Positions 50,044-64,000 of a stretch of 64,000 bases of DNA are shown here, piece by piece. The stretch spans positions 5,782,907 to 5,846,906 of the forward strand of contig CAVNZM010000001.1 in assembly GCA_963693365.1 (NCBI GenBank). The letters are read 5' to 3'. The notes under the pieces are model-generated. The model saw only the letters and a list, made by a program, of their open reading frames with translations. It did not search any database and was not told the DNA's origin. The position numbers were made by a program, and so were the translations under genes. Every line of letters starts with the position of its first letter. Position 1 is the stretch's first letter. The stretch is from Amoebidium appalachense. Taxonomy: Eukaryota; Protista; Ichthyosporea.

Positions 50044-51557
50044 ATGGCGGCAGAAAGTGGTCAGAGTGAAGGCGAAAGCCGCAGGCACTTACTTCCAAAC
50101 GAGTTCCGACGCATCCAAGAGGTAAGTCTTGAGGACAGGTTGAAGAGTCCAACATGGGATGTCCACTTCTCGACACCTCGTCCTTTTGTACTTTTGTCTC
50201 CTGTTGTGCACCTCCTAGATGCCATTATTTTGCTTAAAGGTTCTTCTTGCTGCACAGGCGGTGTTGCTTACCCGTTCAGCCGGATGCTGTCAACCTAGCT
50301 TTTCTTTCTTCGTCTTCATATCGGGGCACCTCAACCGGTTTCCTCCTTGGGCATTCGTTGCTTTGACATGCTGTTTTTCACGCAAGCTTTGATTGTCGCA
50401 CAGCGAAACCTCATTGAATGGCTGGGATATACACTGTCAAATATGTACCCCGAGTTTAAAGGGGTGTCCACAAAGGTATGCACAGAAGTGTTGCGTGCTT
50501 TCTCTCACCACACCTTTATCACGGGCTGTTGTTCTAGGTTTCTTGGTTATTTCCCAGCTCTCCTTTTCTACGTGATTTCTTATGGCTTCTCACATATCTA
50601 AGAACGACCGTGATTCGTGACTTAAAGTTTTCTGGCCCACCCACTCAGCGTGAAGGTTCCGTCTGTGCTTGCCTTTGTCCTCTTGGTAGAGCACTATGAA
50701 GAGGAAAGTAGCTGAGCGGGTGGGTGGAGTGGGTGGGTGGGTGGGTGGTGGTGGTGGTGGTGGTTGGGAGGGAAAGAGGGGGAGGGGGGGGGAAGGAATT
50801 GGATAGAAAAATAAGGGTTGAGATGGACTGTCTTGCTATCCGGCCCGTTCTGATATGCCCCTTATTGTGAGATTTTGGTAAGTTTTCTGCTTTAAAATAG
50901 AGGCGCATAAGCTCTGAACTATTCGTGGCGAGGTTTGTACACATCTGCATGCCCAGTTCTTCTTTAGTTTGCCTGCTTGATTTTTATTTATTTATTGTTG
51001 ACCTGTCGTTTTGGTGTCTCGTGTTGCCTGTAGCTAGTGCTGGTGTTGGCCGAGGAGCCCTCGTGCCATGCTGCCCGTTTGGACGTGTTGGAGACCCGCC
51101 TGGCTGAGGCCCAGAGGGATAATGCTGCCCTTAGAACAGGTGCTGCTTTCTCTATTGTTTATCTGGTTTTTATTGTCCTTGTTTTCTGTTCCTTCGTTCT
51201 TCTGTTTTTTCTCGTTCTTCTTCTTCCTCCTTGTTTTGTTTCCAACCCTCTCCCCCCCCCCTCCCCCCCCCGCCCCACACAGACACACACAAAAAAAAGG
51301 AGGGGGGGGGGGGGGGGATTACACACACAAAAGAAGGGGGGGGGGGGGGGGAAGGGGGGGCCTCCTGTTGCGATTCTGGTTTGTGGTAAGATTAGTTTTG
51401 TCCATCTTGTTTGCTCTGTTTTTCATTCGTTCACTCATTGACAGGCAGACAACACAATGTGCAGAGGTGTTGCTGTAGCCTTCCCTGGTCTTTCTCACAT
51501 GTGTCCGTTTATGAAAGACTTCTGTTTAGTGGTTCAACGCATTACTCTCCTTTCTCC

Positions 51558-51596
<39 letters not shown>

Positions 51597-52013
51597 TTCT
51601 TCCCAGCTCCGTCGTCTCCTTAACCTCGTTTGTCGATTTTTTGTTTGCCGAGGCCTGTGTGAGGGTTTCAAATATTGGCTGTGTGGTTGTTGGCAAATTT
51701 GCAGCTGGTTATGGTGCTGGTACGTTAGTAAGTGTGCATTTTTCATAGGCAGATGTGCTGGTTTTCCGTGGCAAGAATGCTTGAATGTGTCCGCCTGAAA
51801 GTGGGCACATTTTTTCTGTGGCAGGAGTAAGGGAAGAATCGAGGCAGTGGTTACTACTGCGAATGAAGCAGGAAACTAAGTGGGTGTTCAGGCGGCTTGG
51901 GGAAGGGAGGTGGGGGGGGGGAGGGGGGTTTCGATGGACACACACCTTCTGTTTTTGAAGTGTTTTTTTGTTGTTGTTTTTTGTTTTTGTTTTTTGGGGG
52001 TTTTTTTTTTTTT

Positions 52014-52057
<44 letters not shown>

Positions 52058-52609
52058 GGGATTTCCGATGTCTAGCCGTCTCCACATATCTTGCTGTTTT
52101 TCGTGACCCATCCTCATTCCAACACTGGCCTGGAACCCTCACCCTCCTATCTCTCCGGATCAACACACACTCTAACCAGGGGGGTGGTGTGCAGTGAATG
52201 CACAGCTGACAGCTGCAGTCAGTGCCCGTGACGAGCACATTGCAGCCCTCACACAGACAGCCGGTGTGCTTTGCCTGTTGCTGCTTGGCTACTTTTTTTT
52301 TTTTTTGGTGTTTTCTAATTTTGTTTTGTTCTGTTTTGTTTTTGCTCTTGTTGTTTGGGGAAGGGGCCTGTGGTGCCGTTAAGTTTGGAGGCGGAAAACT
52401 GATTGGGGGGGGGGGGATAGATTGCTACCTTGGTTTTATTAACTTTCCCGTTTGAATCGAAATATGGAGCACATGGGGCATCCGTTTTGGAAAGGTTTTC
52501 TGTGTTTTTTGTTGGCTTAGCTTTCTAGTTTTAGCTGAACGGAAATTACTTGTGAGTTTTGTGGCTGTGTTTCATGCCTACGACTGCCCACCTGTTTGTC
52601 CCCCCCTCG

Positions 52610-52645
<36 letters not shown>

Positions 52646-55416
52646 CCTCCCCCCGTCTTAAAATAATCAAAGATGGAAAGAAAAAAGAGGAAAGAACCAC
52701 GACACACATGCAAGTGCCTGTGTGGCCTAACACCTCATAGCTTCCGGAGAACAACACCGATTGGGTTAAAAGCAAGTTTGGAGCACCAATCATTGAGAGC
52801 AAAGGCTGGTTGTTTAAACCCTGTATGGGTAGAAAAAAGTACAAAAAGGTGAAATAACATGTGCAATGTGGCAGTGGTCACTGTTCTAGCAACTAAGATA
52901 ATTGATCTGGGCAGAAAACATTCTCTACTTCTACGTAATGTAAAAAAAGAAAAGGGGGGGGGGGGGGGGGGGGAGGCTCTGGTAAGGGGATTGCGGGCGG
53001 GCATCATTTTCATGGCATATGGCTCCTCTTTTTTGTTCTAACTCTGCCATTTGTGCCCACAGCCTCCACGGAAAAGCTACGGCAGGTCTTAAAGGAACTG
53101 GAGGGCAAGCATGCTGCTGAGATCAAGGTGGGTGTACTGCAACGTTGTGGCCACTAAAAAGAGAGAGCCTCTGTGGGTTTCTTTCTTTTCTTGCTGTATC
53201 TACTGTCTCTCTTTAAAACCTTGGTTGGGCAATAGGGAGGGTGAGGGGGGGAGGGGGGGGGGGGGGGGGAGGGGGGGGGATGCTAAGAGAAACCGTAGGT
53301 TCGGTTCCAATTATCTAAGGGAAAGCACGTACTGACGTAGAAAAAATGCCTATCTACAACCATGAAAGAATTCAAGGTTGTTCAGCGTTTGCTTGCATCG
53401 ATCTAAATAGCACATACTCAAAGAACGGCACCCTGTAGTTGAAGCTATCGACCAATCAAATTGCATCCCTTATGAGCTAACTTTTCGCCTCAAATGGATG
53501 GGAATGGGTGGGTGGGTGGGTGGGGGGGCTGTCTCTTTGGATTGTACCTGTTTATGCTGTGTGCAGAGGAAACCGCCACACAAGTTGTTGAGACTGTCCC
53601 GTCACTCCCTCCCTCCCTCCCTCCCTCCCTCCCTCCTCCCTGCATGTCTGGCAGCTTCCTCTTCGTGCACCTGTACGACACACAGAAACACCCGGATCCA
53701 CTCACCGTAACCCACCCACATAGGAGCTAGAGGGGCAGGTTGATGCTGGCCTGCAGCTGCTCACAAAGACCACAGAGGATGCTGCTGAACAGTTGGCCAG
53801 AGAACGCAAGGCCATCCAGGCTTTATGTATCCCCCCCCCCCCCCCCCCCCCCCCAATGTATGTATGTATGTATGTATGTATGTGTATATTTATATATATA
53901 TATATATATATATATAGATATAATAAAAGAAAAAATAAACACCAGCACCAAATGCACGCCCCCCCCCCCCCCCGAAAAAAAAAAAAAAAAAAAAAAAAAA
54001 ACGTATACACACATGCTCCATCTTTTCAACAACCACTACTACATATACCCCTTTACCAGTATCCATTGTTGCTTTCTTCCTTCGCGTTCGTCCTCTGCTG
54101 CTGAACCACCCCCTCCTCATCCACTATCCATCTCTGTTCTTACCTTCACATAGACTCTCGACACCCAAGGACACATGCGTATATAGGGGCATCCCATCTA
54201 AGGCACCCATGCGCAGATGCATTCTAACACACTCAACCACCCATGCAACGTGCACACCAACACATATATGCATTCTTCCACGCCCATGCACACAGACACA
54301 CACACAAGCATGCACTTCATGATCCTGACACACGCAAGCATACATGCCATCTAATCCCCACTGTGTGCACAGATCAGCAGCAGAACATGGCACTGCAGCA
54401 GCAAGTGGAGACATTGAGACAGCAACTGGTTGACCTTAGGCACAGCATGATGGAGAGAGACGTCAAGTGTGCTGAGGAGGGCAAGACCCTGAGGAGGCAG
54501 GTGGGCTATTGTTTATTTTCTGTTAGCAGGTGGAGGTGGGCTATTGTTTCTTTTCTGTTAGCAGGTGGAGGTGGGCTATTGTTTCTTTTCTGTTAGCAGG
54601 TGGAGGTGGGCTATTGTTTCTTTTCTGTTAGCGGGTGGAGTAGGAGGTTGGGTGTGCAAGAAAATAGAGTAATGAAAAATGTGGTGATTGTGCAGAGCGA
54701 AAGACGGGCGGGTTATATGTTTGTGTGGGTGGGAGTATGTATGTGTGTGTGTGGATGGGTGCGTGGGTGCGTGGGTACGTGTGGGTATGTGTGTGTGTGC
54801 ATGCCTGTTTAGGCGCGCTAGTAGTTGTCTGAGAAAAGGGGGAGCCGGTCGGGGAGGGCAGGTATTTAGAGTATATATCTTTTTTTCTTTTCTTTATTTT
54901 TTTGTGGTCATAGTGAACAAATGCTGGGAGTCTGAACGAGTGTTAGCCAACATGTATATGTGTGGGTCTGCAGCTTGCCGAGGCACGTGCATCAGCAGCA
55001 AACAGCAGCAACGAGAGTGCCAGTCTGGCACAGATGCACAACCACTACAGACAGGCACGTGCACTCCATATCTCCTTTTGCCCCACCATGCTAATTAGAG
55101 CACGTACGTGTGTGTGCGCGCGGGGGGGGGGGGGGGGGGGGGGGGGGGGGAGGATGGGTTTATTCTGGGGGGGAAAAAACCGTTTGGCTACCCATACGTT
55201 TACCTCCCAGTAATCTTTCGTCTCTCTGCCCCGCCCCGCACTTCCAACCCCCTTGCCACTTTAGAGGCACGACACTAGGACTTCCACATGCAGTACAAGG
55301 ATATGTTGTGTGCATCTTGTGAACTTCCGTCAGAATGGCACACACACACTACAGCAACACACAAATGCCCCCCCCCCCCCCCCCCCCCCCCCTCCCCCCC
55401 CGGCGCAGCCACCGCC

Positions 55417-55461
<45 letters not shown>

Positions 55462-55734
55462 ACTGACCTGCGCATCCCCACACCCAGCCTCTTACATGCA
55501 CGTTCTGACCCACCGCCATCTCCCCATCAGAAACTACATGCCGAGCAGGTAGCCCGGGACCAGACGGTAGGGCAGCTTCAGGCCCGTATCAGTGAGCTAG
55601 AGCGTGACGTGCAGGCTGCACGCATGCAGCGCACACACAGTGCTAGTGCCCAGCCACAAAACAGAGCTAGGCAAAGCAACACTCAGCCTGCAACTGTGTC
55701 CAGAGCAACGGCTTCTCGGTTGAGTCGCCGTTAA
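50044..55734 (+). CDS. Coiled-coil protein of unknown function (C-terminal part weakly reminiscent of CCDC152)
   Basis: Exons: 50044-50121, 50404-50475 (less certain), 51034-51139, 52195-52263, 53063-53127, 53724-53826, 54373-54500, 54974-55054 (GC donor), 55531-55734 (TAA). Phases are compatible. Heptad-rich peptides: RLDVLETRLAEAQRDNAALR, LQQQVETLRQQLVDL, HYRQKLHAEQVARDQTVGQLQARISELERD. Confidence 0.8.
54501..54640 (+). repeat. 35-bp minisatellite x4 starting at a splice donor
   Basis: Unit gtgggctattgtttcttttctgttagcaggtggag at 54501, 54536, 54571 and 54606. Confidence 0.92.
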
Positions 55735-56311
55735 TTTCTATAACCTCTGTGATACTAGATTCGACAGAAAGCACCTAGACCGATGTAGCATGCCAGGCCA
55801 GATTGTTCCGGTTTCTGTTCGGTTGCAGGCATGTACACGCTATCCCAATATCACTACTTTAGACTCCTGCTGAGAATATCAAAGAAGTGTGTTATTTATT
55901 AAATGCACTTTACTCTAAAATGGCCAACAATTTAGCAATACACATCTGTACATGAAATTGTTAGTAGTCCTACAATTTATTATTTGTTATATCTCATTGG
56001 ATATCTAATGAAGCGACCATCTTGTTGTGTCTATGGCAACTGTACTAAATATCCATGCTGAGCCCTGTCTGATGCCCCAATCTTCATAAAATGGCATTAA
56101 GTGAAAATTATATTATTTCTCGCTGTTCTGCTGTTGTGCACGGTTGCAAAGTAGTAGACATGATCAGAAGAAATGTCTGGCCTCACATAAAAGGTTATCT
56201 GCCGAGAGATCAGGATATACGGACAGAATATAACATCATTCGAATTCAGTCAGTGGCGGGAATGCCGGTGGTAGAGCACTTGCACTACCTCGGTAATACA
56301 CCCTACTCATG

Positions 56312-56360
<49 letters not shown>

Positions 56361-57479
56361 ACCGGCGCAAACACACACACGCACAAAGCCCTGGGGCTCT
56401 TCAAGTGCTGTTATATTCTAATTCGTAAACATTTGTGTTGCTGGGTTTCCTCCTTATATACCAGCATTTACATGCGCTGATACATTAGTTATATCACTGG
56501 GGGTGCCCATCTACGTAATGCTTCCTAATTTGAGACACCTGCCAACTGAGGGTGTGTTGACCTATTGGTTCAGATGAGCGGCCTATAAATGTGTATTGAT
56601 TCTTTACGACGATACTATGAATTCGAAGGTCTTTCCTCTGCTATTCCTACTCTTGTATGAGTAGCAACTCCTGGCACTAACGTAAGCTGGAATGGGTACC
56701 CGTAACGCACGACCCGTGCACAACCGGTGGCGATCACACAGTCGCGCATGCATATGTCCATGCTGCTTAATAATGTGGCACCAAGCAATTAAACGAGCAC
56801 TCCATATTCATGTACATGTACATGTGCATGGGCAAACGATGCATATATGTATGTTGTCCACATGCGTGCGCAGGCGTGTGTGCATACATTTTTGAAGGGG
56901 GGAAAGGGAGTTCGAGATGAAGAGGGGGGGGGGGGAGGAATACGATTGGAGCCAAACCACCTTTGTTCAAGCAGAATTTACTCATATCCAGAAATAGGTT
57001 CAACCAACTGCTAAACAAAGTGCACATCACCATGCCCCAAGGGATTCGTACAAGAACCTCCCACCGTGACGGGAGGGCATCTAAATACTAGAAAAGGCTT
57101 CAAACTTCGATCGGTGCATAAACATTTTCAGAAAACATCATACCATATGCATAACCTCAAGGATTACATACATAGTACGTGAAAAGATATCATACCGTCG
57201 ATATCACGTGCACCTGGTTCTATTCTAATAAATACCTCAAAACTAATAGATACCTCAAAGCATGATAAAACTGGTCCCCTTACATTTACAAATATTCTCA
57301 TGTAGGTGCCGCAATACGGAGCGATACATACCAAATATGTACATGTAGGGCAGGTCACGGTTGACAACACATAAACCGTGTTCAGTGAATGCATGCGCAT
57401 GCCTGGGTATCTCTCTATCTCTCTTACTCACTCTCCAAAACCCTAACCCTCACTCTCCAACACACACATTCTCTCTCGA

Positions 57480-57537
<58 letters not shown>

Positions 57538-57991
57538 TGTGTGTATGTGTGTGTGTGTGCATATGTGTGCCTCACTGCGTACACCACGAACAAAGTTTTG
57601 CCACTTATTTCGTTGCTGGGCAGAAGAGTACCTCCCCCCACCCCCCCCGCCTGCCCCCCTGCCCCCCGATTCGTGAAGTATGTTCGACACATCGGAACTA
57701 GCGTGGTTTGTCGTTGTGGTAGTCAACATTCTGAAGAAAGATGCTCCTGTGTGGGTGTGCTGCTGTCAGCATGTGCCAACAATCCTAAAACAGGGATGGC
57801 GAAAGCTTCAGGCAAACCCACGTCGCCCCTTCCGCTTACAGCCAACCAATTTCATCACATTATGCATATAATGACATCCCCCTCCCCCCCCCCCCCCCCC
57901 CCCTCCCTCAAACACACACAAGCACACACGCAATACACACGTGCGCACTGGCGAGCGCACACACACACCACACCACACACACACACACACC

Positions 57992-58068
<77 letters not shown>

Positions 58069-58386
58069 CCTTTAGCCCCCCCCCCCCCCCCCCCCCCCCG
58101 GGGCCCTCCCTCTCGACCCCTACTCCACCCCTAGCGCACAAACCCCCTCCTTCACCAAGGTTGCACCAGTATATGTATGTACAAATGCACCGGCATGCAC
58201 ATTCTCTGCCTTACAACTACTCAATGCACACACAACAGGCACGCATGCACCTTACACACTTGCTAAAGACACTCACAAAGATACAGAGAGGGAGAGGGCA
58301 GCCAAGCATCCACAACTACATGTTTAGTGTCGCGTGTGAGATGCTTTTTTTCAATGGTGGAGGGTGTGGGGGGTGGAGGGGCAAAC

Positions 58387-62833
<4,447 letters not shown>

Positions 62834-62852
62834 CGTGTGTGTTATGTGTGCA

Positions 62853-62929
<77 letters not shown>

Positions 62930-62972
62930 GTGTGCGTGTGTGTGTGTGTGTGCATGTGTGGTGTGTGTGCAC

Positions 62973-63065
<93 letters not shown>

Positions 63066-64000
63066 CGTGTGTGTGTGCGCACGAGAATGTGTGTGTGATT
63101 TGGGGAGGGGGGGGGAGCTCCCCATTTGTGCCTGTGTGTGTGCGTGAATGTGTGTGTGTGTGCATGCATAACGGTGTGTGTGAAGGTGTTTTGTGCGGAT
63201 CTATGTGTGTTCATGCTTTTGTGTAAGTGCAACTGTATGCGCTTGTCTGTGTGCAGGTGGACATGCAGATGCACATCTGCCAGTGTGTGTCGACGAGAGG
63301 TGATCGTGCCAAGAGTACGTTTGTATAGTTAGTGTTTGTGGTGGGGAGGGTAGGATGCTGATTGCAGTCCGTGTGTTGGCAAGTGTTGAAGTGGTGATCT
63401 TGCATGTGCCATTGTCCTTAAGGTTTGGGTGGTGTGTGTGTGTGTGTTGGGGTAAGGGGGGGGGGGGGGGGGGGGGGGGGGATGCCGGGGAAGGGGACGA
63501 GATGTGTGAATGGATGCACATTGTTAGCTTACTAATCAATTATATCAAAACCTCCTCTAGAGGAGGGGGGGGAGGGGGGGGGGGAGGGGGGGGGGGGAGC
63601 GAGGGGGAGGGAGAGAGTGAGACAGGGTGAGAGGGACAGATGGAGCGAAGAGGGAAGAGGGAGAGAGTCAGGGAGACAGAGGGAGGGAAAGGAAGAGGGT
63701 AGGAGGCACGAAGGAAAGGAAGGGGCGGGCAGGGAGGGAGGGAGGGGGGGGGGGGGGGGGGGATGGGGGAGGGGGGGGGGGGGGGGAGGGGCAGAGTGAG
63801 CGAGGGAGGAGCACAGCGAGGTAAGGTCGAAGGGAGAGAGAGGGAGGGTAAAGGGGAAAGGGTGAAGGGGAAGGAATAATGGGAGAATGGATTGAAGGGG
63901 GCAGAAGCATGGAGGGGAAGGGGAGGAGAGGGCAGGAAGAGGGGGGGGGGGGGGGGAGGGCAAGAAGGAAGGAGAGAGGAGTGGAGGGGTGGAGGGGGGG

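Overview
Intron-rich eukaryotic genomic DNA. The protein similarities suggest an opisthokont, probably a unicellular holozoan, but that is inference. Almost all ORFs in the supplied track are artefacts of intronic (CA)n/(TG)n microsatellites and poly-G/poly-C runs. Splicing exons by hand at GT/AG boundaries gives seven genes: (1) the 3' part of a Sec1/Munc18 protein (+, ending at 4601); (2) a complete Apa1/Apa2-type ATP adenylyltransferase / Ap4A phosphorylase (-, 6382-13037); (3) a complete secreted proteinase-K-like S8 subtilase with three hevein/CBM18-like Cys-rich domains (+, 15591-24892); (4-5) two tandem MED8-like paralogues with long Pro/polyQ C-terminal extensions (-, 26781-36850 and 38416-49142); (6) a divergently transcribed coiled-coil protein (+, 50044-55734); (7) the 3' part of an SLC25 mitochondrial carrier (-). 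Notable observations: a polarised microsatellite pattern at splice sites, with (GT)n starting at donors and (CA)n replacing the polypyrimidine tract at acceptors; an exon-by-exon identity patchwork between the MED8 copies; a 506-bp foldback element with TIRs, a 6-bp TSD and a palindromic repeat array; and a second TIR element inside a MED8 intron. All family assignments come from motif recognition, not database searches.
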